Notes under the pieces: generated by a model
What the model was told of the DNA's origin: nothing
The model's database searches: none
Seen by the model: the letters and a program-made list of their open reading frames with translations, nothing else
In this document: one piece after another, positions 50,001 to 64,000 of the stretch
Position numbering within the stretch: position 1 is the stretch's first letter
Layout: each line of letters starts with the position of its first letter
NCBI GenBank assembly: GCA_012295275.1
Contig: CM022665.1
Location: forward strand, 8,618,001-8,682,000
Length of the DNA: 64,000 nucleotides
Source: Chrysomallon squamiferum
Lineage: Eukaryota; Animalia; Mollusca
Direction: 5' to 3'
Position numbers and translations under genes: made by a program

Positions 50001-50412
50001 TAATATAAAACAGTTCACAATGATATAAAAGGAAAATAAAATTAGGAACTTTCAGTATTCTGATTTTAATAATGCAAAAATTTCATTTCCAATGAGCTCA
50101 ACAGTCTGCAGCTGTTACTGTTTCAGTGTATTTACTTAAATGATATTAGTTTGTATTGCAGTCCTCACTTGTTCTTTTTATTTTTTCATCTTTTCCTTTC
50201 CTTTCTGGTTTTTTCTCCTTTTTTTATTTATTTAAGAAAAACAAAACTGCTTTTTTTTACATTGCTGTATTTAAATAATACTTCATTTAAGATGGACAAA
50301 ACTAGTACATTATATATAAATCCAAAAGTGGTAAATACATACTAAGTTAAACTGTACATCAGTGCTACATAAAAAACAAAAGTCTCAGACATGTAATATT
50401 TATTAAAGTAGT

Positions 50413-50780
50413 GATAACTGGCATATCATATTTAAAGATACCATAACTGGTACGTACACACTGTATTTAAAGATAATGTAACTGGTATGTACATATTTAA
50501 ACATAACTGGTGTGTGTATACTGTATTTAAAGTTAATATAACTGGTATGTGTATACTGTATTTAAAGTTAATATAACTGGTATGTGTATACTGTATTTAA
50601 AGTTGACATAACTGGTATGAATATACTGTATTTAAAGTTAACATAACTGGTATGAATATACTGTATTTAAAGTTAACATAACTGGTATGTGTATACCATA
50701 TTTAAAGTTGACATAACTGGTATGTATATACTGTATTTAAAGTTAATATAACTGGTATATATACATACAATACTTAAAGT
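50413..50780. repeat. 35-bp minisatellite, about 11 copies (consensus approx. ataactggtatgtgtatactgtatttaaagttaac)
   Basis: ACTGG anchors at 50416, 50446, 50481, 50506, 50541, 50576, 50611, 50646, 50681, 50716 and 50751. Confidence 0.95.
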
Positions 50781-53700
50781 ATATTCAAAGTGGAATATTT
50801 GTTATGTTTGAGGAACATAGATTTTGTTAAAAATAGTAAATTACTGTTCATGCTGAAAAAAAAAATACAAAAATTTTGTTATTGTTATTTTTTAAAATAA
50901 ATACACATTAAAAGCCAGCAGAAAGTTTGGTCATTTAAACATTAAAGTTATCACGAAGGGATTGTTTATGGCTTAACACCTCAACTGGATGTGTGAGTGA
51001 AATGACTCCTGATTGATAATGATTACATATCTTCTGCTGAAAAGTGATCTGTTTTATGTTTATTAGTTTTAGTCTGGAGTAAAGATAAATATGGGTGCTA
51101 AAATACTGCCTTGTTTGTACTTGTGTATGTTTAGATAAAGAACATGTTGGTGAAAATAATAATCTCACTGTGAGTCAAAGTAATGTGTGAGATTTACATT
51201 TTGAGTAATTCTTAATTTAAAAAATCATTAAACCTTTTCCTTTTTTATACTTTTATTTTTGTTAAAAAAAAATGTTATTCTTCTTTTAAATCTAATCTAA
51301 AAAAAAAAATTTTTTTATTTAATAACAAGCAATAATTATTATTTCTACTGTTAAATGATTTATTCTTTCATGTTTATTTATTTTTTGAATTATTTATTAT
51401 TATTATTATTATATTAGTATATACATAAGAAATCCATTTTTTCATTTAAACTACAAGATCATGCTTACATTAATAGACTGGGACTAGTATAGCACTTCAA
51501 CTAGATACAAGATTTTCTAATTCATTTCACTTCAACAAATTATAAATTTATTTAATCTTTCAAGTAAACCCTCATAAACAAATTATCTTGTACTTAGTTT
51601 CAGTGAAGAACATTAAGAAAAAGGCATTGAAAAAGAGAATTTTCCCAAGAAAAAATTTATTTAGCTTTCTGATCTTTTTTCTGGAGAGCACTATATTGTT
51701 TTCCTCTGGCATATAGTTTGATCATACTTTAATACTGTTTTATTTGCAGCAGCTGTAACTTTAAAATAAAAACAACATATAGGTATCTTTTTTTCTTCTT
51801 CTTCCCAGTTTAAATTATTTTATACCAGAGTTTGCAAGACAAAACTAAGAAATGGAAGATTAAACAATGAACCTAATGTGAATTGAAATAAAATGACAGT
51901 TCAATAATTTTATTTAGTTTTACTGCATCTGAGAAAAACAATAAATCTAATGTTTTCACAGATATGCTATCTGGTTGGATAAACACAGTAATGTCCATAC
52001 TGCAGCTGCCTCAGTGAAAGAGAAGAATATTTATCTGTTGACCATAAAACAGTCTGACAGATGTTTTCACCCATTAGAAGTACCAGACACAGTCTGTGGT
52101 CCTTTTTAACACATTATAAAACTGATTGTTGCAACAGAGTTTGTGGCTAGTTTTACTGGACATAAATGCAGCCATTAATAAATAAGAAAAATTATGGATT
52201 ATGAAACTATTGTTTCAGTTTGACAGCAGTCTGGAAATGAATATGATTATAATTCAAAATCCAGCTCAGTCAAAATTAATAGGCTGAAAAAAGATGAATT
52301 TTGGCTATAAGTATATAATATATGAAAGGAATTTTGACAAATTAGAAAAGAAAAATCTATAGAATATTTATTATTATTTATATACCCCAGCAAAACTTTT
52401 GTTTATTTCTTTTTTGCCGTTATTTTCTTTACATTTCTAAATATATTTTTGTTTGTTTTTTAAAAATATGTTTGTGTTTGGAAAAGGAAATGTGTTTCAA
52501 GCTTGAATCCAGAATTGATACAGTAAATAAAACTATATGTGTGTAAATATGTTTATAATTATATATTAGTGTGTTTATATACCTGTGTCTGTGTGTGTGT
52601 GTGTGTGTGTGTATGAAATCATTTTTCAGTGACTCACATGAAGAGCAGTTCTTTTAACACAGAATCCTTAGCAATACTAAACACAGTGTTTGAAAGAATG
52701 AATGTTTTCACATATCTTTGTGGGCATTCTTTTGTTTTTTTGATGATTAGATACCCTGTTTTTTTCTTTCTTTCTGGAATGTGTTCATGATGTCTTAAAG
52801 TCATGGTGAGCTCTTTATCTCAAAGTGAGTTAAAGAAGTGAAAATTGATGGGCTAGTTTATTTACACAAATTGTCACATTTTCCATGGTTACAGACTGTA
52901 AGAAATCACTGATCTGTTAAACTGCCAATTATACTAACAACAAAACTGTGGTGAACATCACACCTTGTTTTGTTGCTGTACTCCTGATAACATTAGCTAT
53001 AATAAATTACTTTTTGTGTGCCATCAAAACAAAAAGAATGAAAACCAATAGAAGTATAATGTAAAATATGACAGGGTGAACATTTTGAAATTTGGTACTG
53101 TGTCCATTACCAAACAAGTACACTGAATAAGCTGCTGGTTCCTGGATGTTATTTGATATTTCTGATACATGGTACTTACAGAAAATTTGCTATATTTTTC
53201 TATTTGCACCAAGGTTACGTTTTTTTTTTTTTTAATTTAATTTAATTAATTAATTAATTTATTTATTTACCTACTTACTTATTTTAATTTATTTTATTTT
53301 ATTTATTATTTTATTTATTTATAATTCTCTTCATACATATCTTTGATTGAATACAATAGCTTATTGGGCCTTCTGTGGTGATTTGATCTTGTAACCTGTC
53401 ATGTCTTAGACATTCCTTATACTATTTCTTACAGAGAATAATCTCTTTATATTTTCATAGAACAATTTATTGGTTATTTTTTCAATTATAAATTATGTCA
53501 TCATCCTAAAATAGTTATTTTTAATCAAACTATTTGGAATATATTACTACTTTAAACACTTTCACATATGTTGTTGTGCTAAAATAGATGTTTTTGTGTT
53601 GAAGGTATTTTTGTTATGTTTTGGCCAGCAGTCAGAAATGAGTTACTGTACATCTTTTTGGAAAACTCTCAGACAAACCTACTACATTTATATCACTTAG

Positions 53701-54751
53701 TGCAAGTCTAACTGAATATACAGCTGTTTAGTCCTTCATTCCATTTTCATTGTTCATTACTGGAGAAGGTATTTTTTTTTCCATGTTTATTTTTCACTCT
53801 AGGTTATTTTTTAATAATTCTTATTTTTTTTTCAAATCCAGAATAAGTTCCTTGCTGAATAGTTTTTAACTGGGTAGTTTTAGAAACATCTTTATTTATT
53901 TATATATTTATTTATTTATTTATTTATTTATTTGTTTGTTTGTTGTTTGTTTGTTTATCTGGTTTCTGTTTATTGGAAATATATTACATGAAGTTATGAA
54001 CTACTGCTTTAGTGAATAATAATAATAATAGCAACATAAAAAAACAACAATAACAATTAATACATACTGGATAAGTTATTTTTTGTATTTTTAAAACATT
54101 CAATTATAACTTTTCTCTATATTTTAAATCACACACACACACACACACAAAAATTAGATAGTTTTTAAATAGTGTTTGTTTTTTGTTTTACTGAATACTT
54201 TATGTATCATACCCAAGAGACTGTGTTCTAAATATTGAACAAATAGATTACTTTATCATTTTACTGTTGTTTTCATTTTTTTATTTTAAAATTTGTTAAA
54301 AGTTTAATAAGGTGATGTGATTATTTATTTATTTATTATTACTTGTTATTGTTGTTATTCCCATTCATCTTCTTCTTATAATTATAATTATTATTATTAT
54401 TATTTCAGCACATATCTTTTCATACTTAAATAGCATATGCAATAGGTTATGTCATGAACATGTCATGTGGCAGATATGATCTTTGCGTGTAGTACAAGAA
54501 TGCTTCGTAGTTGTATTTTTAAACACATTTTTATAGTGCAGATCTTTACTGCACATGTATTTTTACTGGCTTCTTTCCAAAGACTGAGTTACAGCTGGTG
54601 AGTTTTCTTTATATACTGTTACCTTTGTACTGTGGCTAGAACACACCCACTAGATAGGAATATCACAGCTCCCACTGAAGTGTGGTGGCACTGACACTAA
54701 GGGTAGGAAAAACAAAATTAAGTTGCAGTTTTACTGAAGTGAATAAAATGA

Positions 54752-54756
<5 letters not shown>

Positions 54757-54802
<46 letters not shown>

Positions 54803-55260
54803 ATGTGTGTGTGCATTCATATGTGTAATTGTTAAAATATCTAGTTTGTTGATGTATAATTTACCCCTTTTTCTTAAAAAGAAAAAAGCACATCCCAAAT
54901 GATGATGATAATTATTATTAGTAGTAGTATTTGGTTGTTGTTATAGCCATGGTTTAGCAGTAATAACAGTAAGGTAGTAATGGAAGATGGTTAAGATAAA
55001 AGGACATGGAATTAGTAGATATAACAGCATTTGTACTAATTACAGTAATAGGGGCAGCATCAGTAGTAATAGTTGTAATAATAGTAGCAGCAGCAGTAAC
55101 AGTAGCAATACCCATAATAGCTGGAAAGTGGTAGTTGTAGCAATAGCAGCAGCAGTAACAATAGTAATACCAGTAGTAGCAGTAGTAGTGGTAGTTGTAA
55201 CAGGAGGAGCAGCAGCAGTAATAGCAGTAGTAATAGGAGTGCATGAAGTGTTTACAGTAA
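54757..55260. repeat. (TG)n at 54757-54801 and a degenerate (AGT/AGC/AAT)n low-complexity tract at ~54905-55260
   Basis: Visible simple repeats, and the source of the three overlapping low-complexity ORFs. Confidence 0.9.
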
Positions 55261-56487
55261 TAAATAAGTGCAAGGGTTACCTCATGAACTGCACAATGTA
55301 CCGGTTAAGTGGCTTTGGTCTTAATCATATATCACTTGCATGAAAGAATAAGCATGTGGTAATTACTCATTCAAAAGCCTGATTTCTATAATGGGAGTTA
55401 ATCTGTGTGGAGTTGTGTTGAGGCTAAATGAATCCATGTACAGTTACATCAAGTAAATAACAGGTGATAGGAAGATAGGCATGTTGTGTATAAACAGTAT
55501 TACACACTGTATACCTTGCACTAGTTTGTTTGTTCACTAACAAGAGTCAGCTCGGTGTATGGACAGACAGATAAAAGAGATTTTTTGGGGGTGATATGTT
55601 CTCAAATGTTTTTATTCTTGTGGATTTACATTTGTTGTATGAATGTTTCTGTTGACATGGTGTCAGGAAATATCTACCAGCCTGGAATTAAAAGTTTTGG
55701 AAAAAAATTGTAAATGTTCTTTGCACTTGTATTAGTACCAAAAACAACGGTAAGCTTATAATTGAATGGAGACATATCCTGGTATAAGTGTTTATATATT
55801 AACCACTTACAGATAACAATGTCATTTTAGTAAATATATGTTAGTCTTGTAAAACAAAATGTTTATTGGTGCATTTTTACATTTAGAGTTTTCTTTAAAT
55901 TTTGTCAGAATTTCATTTTGTAACTAGATATTAAACAAATAATTTTTTTTTTTTTTCCACCATAACTGTAATTGTAATAACAATAATTATAACAATAATA
56001 AGAATAAATATAATAATAAAAATTAGGTTAGAATATAAATATAACAGTTATTTACATCAAAACAAATTATCACTAGATTTTCAAAAATCCATTATCTAAA
56101 AACAAAGCTATTGAAGATAACTGGTATCTTTTCTAATCTTAAACACTACTGATTACTGTATTATTTACTTTCCATAACTTGACATTAAATATTTACCATC
56201 GTTGATTGTTATAAATTAGTATATGGTACACTGTTATTATAGCAAAATATAAAATGCTTCTGTTTTATCTTCTTTTATTTATTTTTTCTTTATTTTTAAG
56301 CTTAGTGTTTTCCTTAAATTGCCAGCATTTTAAGGTTACTGGTTTTTTGTTTGATGTTGCTTAAATAATAAACAAGTCAGATTAGATGTCAGGTTTTAAA
56401 CTGATATATTTTTATAACCCTCACACTTTCCCTAAAATAAATAAACAAGATAAAAATAAAATTAAAACATTAAAAAAAAAAAAAAAA

Positions 56488-56537
<50 letters not shown>

Positions 56538-59500
56538 ATAATTGTCAGACAATAGGTATAATATTATAGTTTTTCAGAACCACATGTACAGTGATAGTTT
56601 TTTAAATGTTTTTTTTTGGTTTTTTTTCATTTTTTTTATCTAATACATTATTTTGAATTTAAAAAAAAAAAATTAGATAAACATTTGATTCAAATTCTGT
56701 GTCCAACTATTTAAAAATTTATACAGTGAGACTATAGAGATTAGCTGACCAGACAATCCTGATACAGGTAACATGAGAGAATAGATAACTGATGACATTC
56801 AGATTTGTTATAATAATTACTTTGAAAAGATTTTTGGTATTTAAAGTTCAGCACTTCAAAACACCCAGACAATTTCACCACATGGATACAGAAAATTCTG
56901 AGTTTTAATTTTACTTTTGTGTTTCTTTTTTTTTTTTTTTTAAAAAGTTTATAAGTGAAGAGAAGTGCACTTTTAATTTTCTTTTCAATAATTACATTTT
57001 AAAATCATATTAATACATTTTCATAATCTGAAATTATATGAAATTATATAAAAACTCTTAAATATTTATTTACTTCCCATTTTAATTCTTGTTATTAATA
57101 TGCACTGAAATTCATAGTTTCAATTTATTTTGTCTATGTTAAAATTTATTATGTATCATTTATGCAACAATTCCATCTATTTTTACAGCAATTAATCTTT
57201 CCTTTTTAATTTTTTCTCCATGTACAACTATATAACACTTTTATTTATAATTGCATTCAAATTCTTTTGTTATTTTGTAAATATCATAAACTTGTATTTG
57301 TTCAGGATGTAGAAGTAGAGGGTCAAAATATCCCATCAAAATATAAAAATGGAAGAAACAACAGAAGCATTTTATTACCCACTGAATGTCAAATTATAAA
57401 TTTTTTCATTTGATCTAAATAAAATATTCTTCAATACAAAATAAAATGGTTTTAGGCAGATGATAAAATACCAAACTAAAAAATTAAAAATTGAAGATAT
57501 ACAGTAGAACAGTCTCATTTTATCACCTTTTTTATGTCAAAAAACACTTAATTTTGAGATTTATTTAAAAATGAATAAATAAACTAAAAAAGCAAAGCAA
57601 ACCCTTCCCAAGTTTTAGACAATTAATATATGCAATATAATGCTGAGTCAGATAATAACTATTGACAGTTTAATTTCAAAGTTCATTCTTGAATATCTTT
57701 TATTACAAGTATGTCTGACCAAAAATAATAAATAAAACTGACTTTCCTCTCTATAACACCATACCAAATGTATTTCATGCAATTTTCTTTTATGTATTTA
57801 TGACAACACTAAAAATATTGATAAGTATGAGCTGGACACTACAGTGCTGGGGGTACAAACACTATATCATCTGACTGTTTAATATCATACCATATCCTGT
57901 TACTTTAAACTGTGAAGTATTTCAGGTATATTTACCTTCCCTGCTTTGATAGCCAGATAGTCTACCCCACTGTTGATATTGTGTGAGTTTTGTGGTAGGA
58001 TAAACAGTTGTTTAGCTCTGTCTTGTAATCTTTATTGTTGCTGGTGTTAGTGAGATGCTTAAAGAATAGATAACATCTGCAGCAATCTTGTCAACAAGTA
58101 CATATATAATATAATGCCATAGATAATAAATACTGTTAAGCCTAAAAATTAGGAACTATGATGGCTTTGATAATTTGTCTGAGTGGTCAAAATGTATTAA
58201 GAATAGATAACATTTGCAATAATCTTTTTTACAAGTGTGTTATAGGTAATATACATTGTTATGTATCAAAATTAGGAAATATAATTTCACAACAATGGCT
58301 TTGATAATTTTTCTGAAAGGTTTTAATGTAAATATTAAGAAAAAATATACATAGAAGATAACAGACATCTATGTCACTCTTGTCAATAAGGACATATTTC
58401 CTGTAATATATACTGTCATGCATAAACATTAGGAAATTAGATTTCACTAAAATTGCTTTGATAGTTTGTTCTAGTCATTAAAATGTTTTAGAAAAAAATA
58501 ATTAAAAGTCTTTATAATCTAATGTCCACTTCAGGTAATTTCGAAACTTTGTAATTAAAAGTTACTAAAAATAATTGACAATCATCTTAATACAAAAGAT
58601 GTAATACTGTTAACAGTTACTCATATTGAAGTCAAGCCTTGGTGTTTGATAATATTATAAATCTAATGAGAAATAAAGAAAAAAAAAAAAACACCTCCTC
58701 TACAGACTAAAGGTTGGTGTTTGATTCTATTCCATTGGACAAAAAGTAATTCAACTTTCCTCATTTTATTCATATTTTTAAAAACTGTAACATCAAAGAT
58801 GCATTGCTTTCAATTTCCTAAATATACTCTTTATTCTGTTATATAATGCATACTTGTGTATTATAATTTAATCAACTCATTACAATAAGCCAATCAGAAA
58901 TAATTCTAGATAACTTTTTTCCCTTTTTTCTATTTTTATAATTTTTTTAAAAAGAATTTTATTACTTTTAAAATTGTAATTTTATTTAATTCTTAATTAA
59001 TAAAAAAAAAAGAAAAAGTATATTTTTTAAATTATCATCATAATGAATGCTATTATTATTATTATAAAATAAAACATTTTAAATTATTTTTGAATTTATA
59101 CATTTTAGGAGTGTGTATTATAAGCATATTTCCAGTCTTTTTCCCTAATACAAGAAGCAGCTTTTTTAAAGTTACTTTCCTTTTTTATCTGTTAAGACAC
59201 ACTCTTATCAAATATAAATTAGATTTGATTTAATAAGATTAAATAATATATGTTAAATATCTTAAATATAAAGGAATAATTTATCTTTTAATAAAAGCAA
59301 CACACACACATTATTATAATAATAATAGCTCCTCTTAAATCTGCAGAAAACTATTAATTAATAATTAAAATTTTTGAATTGTTGCACACTGTTAGTGAGC
59401 CAAAAAGAGCATTAAAAGTACTTAAAGTCATTAAACATTTTTATGTTACGATTATTTTTTTCTTCCATAGAAATTTAATCCTTAATGTTACTGCTAACTT

Positions 59501-60325
59501 ATGTTTTGTGGAAAGGTTATTTTTTTAATTATTTTTTTGCCAGTGATGCACCAACTGTGAAAATATGTAACTCACAGGGGTACAAATAAATATCTGAAAA
59601 CATAATTGCATAATTATATGGGGATTTTGGCTTTCATTTTTTCAAACATGCAGACATAAGTTAGTTTACAAGCTTGATGATAAGTTCTTATTTCAGTGAA
59701 ATAAAACAAATTTAATCAATTATTATTATATGGCATGCAAATACATATTTTCTGGGCTTTAGTTGTATTAAATAATTATCAAAAAGATATCAGAGCAATT
59801 TTAATAATTAAATATTGTATTTTAGATTTTATAAATATGAACATGATCCTAAAATATCTACGAACACATTCACACACACATACAAAAAAACAAAAATAAT
59901 AAATAAACAACAACAAATCAAACCAAAAAAACACCCCAAAAAACAACAAAAACCAATTAATATTTAGTACTTTCATATTATTAGTAAAATATGGTTTTAT
60001 GTGTTAATGTTACCATTAATATTTTAGTTTCATTTCTTATGTTATTGTCCTTTACAAAATAATATTTTTTAATAAAATCATAATAAATAATCTCATGGTT
60101 AAATGATCCAATTTGATGTCTAAAATCAAAATATTATCACCATTAACTTACTAATATCTTTAACACCCATACAATTATGTTCTGTTAAATCAAGAATATT
60201 TGATGTTGTTGTTTATTTTTATTTAAAAAAACAAAACAAATTAAAAAATTAAAAATTGACATTTTATGAATGTTTTCAAGCTGAAACAATATTTGAACAC
60301 TAAAAAATCTGAATTTAAATTACAG

Positions 60326-61194
60326 ATTATAGTTCGAGTGTACACTGAAGATGGAATACAGAAAAGCATTGAAGTTCCTGTGACTCCGGATTCCACTGGT
60401 CGTGATGTACTGGAGTGTGTTAGAGATCCCAGTGAACACGACTATTACTTAGTGGAGAAATATGAAAACTATGGTTGGTCTTTCTTTCTTTGTTTTAAAT
60501 TCATTTATAAATTTGTTAGCAATAATAATATATTTCAGTGGATAAATATGAAATTTACCTTGGGTTTTTCTGTGTGTGTGTGGTTTTTTTCTTTTTGCTT
60601 GCTTTTTTGTTTGTATTTCAATTTTAAAATTAAATAAAAATGTTGATGCAGATATTGATAATAATAGTTATATCAAAAACAGCTCATTATTTTCACTTCA
60701 GATATTTTGTTTTCAAAATTAAAATAATTAAATACATTTCCTAAAATTATTATTTAATGTTTTAATAAATATTTTTTTACACCACTAGTTACATTAAAAT
60801 TATGATTATTATTTATTTATTTGTTTATTTATTGATGCTTTATGTAGAATCTACCAGCTTAAAACATATTATTTTTAAACTTGGTTTTCATAAAAGGAAC
60901 CTAAAGTCGTTTACGCATTGTTATTTCATAATAATAATTTAAAAATGCATTTTTGATTAATCTTTTTAATTACATTTTTTTAAAACCTTGACATAATAAA
61001 TTAAAATATGTAGAAAAATATTACTAAGAATACTGTTTTAATTACTTTTAATATTAATGTAATCACAGAGAGAGTTATTGGTGAGGAAGAAAATATTTAT
61101 GGACTTCTAGAAAAGCACAAAGATATTAAGGATGAGGTGAAGCTGTATTTGAGATATGGCTGTCCTAACTTCCAGCAATGCAGTCCAAACTGTG
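60326..61194 (+). CDS. ASPP-family (PPP1R13B/TP53BP2-like) N-terminal ubiquitin-like domain exons 60326-60473 and 61069-61194. The gene is 3'-partial and its first exon lies upstream (candidates 47007-47018 or 48896-48922)
   Basis: IIVRVYTEDGIQKSIEVPVTPDSTGRDVLECVRDPSEHDYYLVEKYENY|ERVIGEEENIYGLLEKH..DEVKLYLRY aligns with ASPP1/2 ([46 protein letters not shown]). Phases 0/1/1 are consistent. RASSF7-10 is a weaker alternative. Confidence 0.75.
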
Positions 61195-63756
61195 GTAAGT
61201 AATAATCTCAATTAATAAACATTCTATTAACCCATATTTAGATATATTTGTTATTCTGTCAAGCAAAAACTGAATCTGTATTTGGTTAAAAGACAACAAT
61301 CCTTTACACAAAATGTTACTGAAAATCACCATTTCTTTTTGGCATGTAATATCATTTACATAATTATTTACAAGTGCATTTAATTTAATTTGTGTATGTT
61401 ACAAATGTTTATTGAATGTTTTGCTTACAAATAAACACTGTAGACTATTGTCTGTCCCTTGGAATTTTAGATAAACAATAGTATGTAGGTTGGAAAATAT
61501 ATGGTTCTAGTTTGATCATACAAAGTTGTCAATACTTAACAGTTAAAAATTGAAAAAAAGTAATATATGATGGAACAGGTGATTCTTAGTTGTTGTTTTT
61601 GTATCTGTTTTTGTTGTTTGTTGTTGTTTTTTTAAATTTAATTTAATTTAATTTTAATTTTCAGTTTGTTTCAATAATAATAATAATAATAATAGTAGTA
61701 GCAACAACAATAACAACAACAACAGCAGCAACAAAATGCTTATATAGGTATTGATCATCGAAGATGATTTGAAGTAACAAACATCATTATAGACTGGGCT
61801 TCTTGCTACATTAATTTTATAATGTAAGCCAATAAAAATGATTAAAAGTATTTATGTGTACTGAAGCATAATTAAATCTTGGTATTAATTTTTACCAACT
61901 ATTAGATCAAATAAGTAATAATAATTAAATGCATTGATGTGTTTGTGTTTTAAAAAATAATAAAATGTTTTATTTAAACTGAAATTTCTATGTGAAATAT
62001 TCTGAAGAGTTTAGACAAAATTATATTTTGAAGTTGAACTAAGTATAAATTAATGTTAAGTAATTATTGAATTTTCTTGTTACTTTTGAGACAAATGTAT
62101 ATCAATAAAATGGATTTTTAAAAAAAAAAATTTTTTTTATTTTTTTATTAAATTTATATTTTCAATCAAAGCTTATAACACCTATACTCTACAGTGATTA
62201 TTATTATTATTATTTTTTTTTTTTTGGTATTTGAATTTATAATTCATTTTTGTAAATTTAATTTGTTATTATTTAAAATAATAGTAATAACAATATGGAC
62301 ACCAAAAAGACTTTTATCAATATTGTGGGTGTTTTTTTCTCTCTTAAATGAAATAAATAAATAATGATTGTGAACTGAAGTCGTGGCTAACAGACATTAG
62401 CAGAAGAAACAGGTGTTTTGTCTCTAACAAGACAAAGGATTATTTATCAAGTGTAAATAATAAATAGCATGTAACATTTAGTAATTTGAGATGGTATTGA
62501 CTATTTTCAGGTGTAGTGACTTGAGCACCATAATAAATTCAATAAATTGACATGTTTAATAAATAAATAAAAAATTAAAAAAACTTAAATAAATAAAAAA
62601 TAAATAAAAGTATTCTTACCAGCAGTTTTTAAGAAAAATAAGACAAAGGGTTATTTAATCAAATATAAATGATAAATAACAAGATAATTTTGTTTTTAAA
62701 GATTGTATTGACTATTTTCAGTTGTTGTCTGTTGAATACTTATATATTTCAAAAATATTGTGTTAATATATTTTTTTAAACACCATAAAAGTTTGCTTAC
62801 CAGCAATTATGAAAAAATACATACATTTCCAAAATACAGGTAAATTTTATATAATGCATAACCAAGCAGTATGCAATCATATCTTGGATGCCTTTTTATT
62901 TTGTTGGTGTGTTTAGCATAAACTTTACACTGATTGATTTGCACCAATACTTAATAACATCTAAACTCCATTCTGTGTCATAGAATATTTTGTTACCTTT
63001 TTTTGATGACTAAACTGTTAGAACCTAAACCAGTCCTTTTACTTTTCTTCTTTTTTTTTTTTTGGCTTGTTTTGTGAGAGAAAATAAAAGGTGGTTCAGA
63101 TTTCACCACTAATATCAAAGGCTTGGTTAATTGGAAAATCTTTTCTGTCCAGCACATCTTGGGCTGTGAAGCCTTGTTTCTCTGTTTGACAGATATGAAG
63201 GAGGGAGGGCTAAGCCGCTCACCTCTAACCAGGGTCTCTATCTAACATAGATAAGTTCAAAGGGCAGGATCAGCTATCTAAATGTCTGGCCAGGTTGTCA
63301 AACATTGGCTTTGACTGGACATAGGCCAGTTACTGGCAGTCTGTAATTGTGCAAAGCCTGTGATAGTGTATAGTGAGATTTATTACTCAATGGGTGAAAT
63401 AACGTGAATTCACAATCTTACATTTGTCTTGAGTGGTTGATGTACAGTCTTGTGCAGTCTTTTTAGGTGAAATTATCCCCTGATTTCATTCAATAGGAGA
63501 TCTGTTGTATTGGGAATTTTTACCTTTGAGAATTAGGATATTTAGTTTCTTTGTTTCAAACAGTGGTAGAGTGGATTTGTCATTGCACTTGGAAAGTAGA
63601 TATTAAGTACAGAATATTTCATTCAGTCAACAAATAGAGGATTGATTCATTAATTTTTTTTTATTTCACTGACTTTTTATACTTTTTAAATTTTGGTGTA
63701 TAATGTTTTATTATTTTCATTAAACTAGAGTGATTTCACAATACATTTAAATTTAA

Positions 63757-63792
<36 letters not shown>

Positions 63793-64000
63793 AACAGAGA
63801 TTAACACAACAGTCAACAGATTATCTCTGTATAATGAAGATTTAGTTATTTTGATTATCTGCCAGTGATTTGTGGTGATAAACTTACTGAGGAATTCTTT
63901 ACAAGAGATAATATCTCTGTCCATCGTAATTATACCAGAATGAACAAGTCAGGTGAGTCAAATATTCTGCTTTGTTCTATTGCACAGAAACTGCCAGTAG

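Noticed and set aside
50413-50780. CRISPR-like array
   Set aside because: Head-to-tail repeat without unique spacers, no cas genes, and eukaryotic context.
54954-55343. Cys/Tyr-rich, Ser/Val-rich and Thr/Ala-rich overlapping ORFs
   Set aside because: Translations of a degenerate trinucleotide microsatellite.
63140-63360. GC-richer block as a possible further ASPP exon or LINE 5' fragment (similar block at 12820-12960)
   Set aside because: I could not establish a phase-compatible ASPP-like reading frame or diagnostic element motifs.

Overview
AT-rich, intron-containing animal genomic DNA, not prokaryotic. An invertebrate is likely, and the SINE-like remnants suggest a mollusc, possibly a gastropod (inference only). 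Exons were reconstructed by hand from splice signals and reading-frame phase. Nine protein-coding loci are present: (1) the 3' part of an amnionless (AMN) gene (+, 129-5248), with a 1-nt frameshift, a candidate 6-nt micro-exon and a probable GC donor; (2) LRRC73 (+); (3) cytoplasmic tryptophanyl-tRNA synthetase WARS1 (-), head-to-head with (4) WDR25 (+), the same arrangement as in human; (5) calmodulin-lysine N-methyltransferase CAMKMT (+); (6) an unrecognised 501-aa single-coding-exon gene (-); (7) an ARHGAP11A-like RhoGAP (+); (8) AP-2 sigma subunit AP2S1 (-); (9) the N-terminal exons of an ASPP-family (PPP1R13B/TP53BP2-like) gene (+) that runs off the window. Also present are mariner and Tigger non-autonomous transposon remnants, a decayed CxxH-type transposase, two SINE-like remnants, a 35-bp minisatellite and many microsatellites. 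I found no clearly new biological system. The most interesting signals are ancient conserved linkage (human 14q32/2p21/19q13 paralogon genes), two small duplications that copy a splice acceptor plus exon start (WDR25, ARHGAP11), the AMN anomalies and the orphan gene. Homology calls rest on recalled protein sequences, not database searches.
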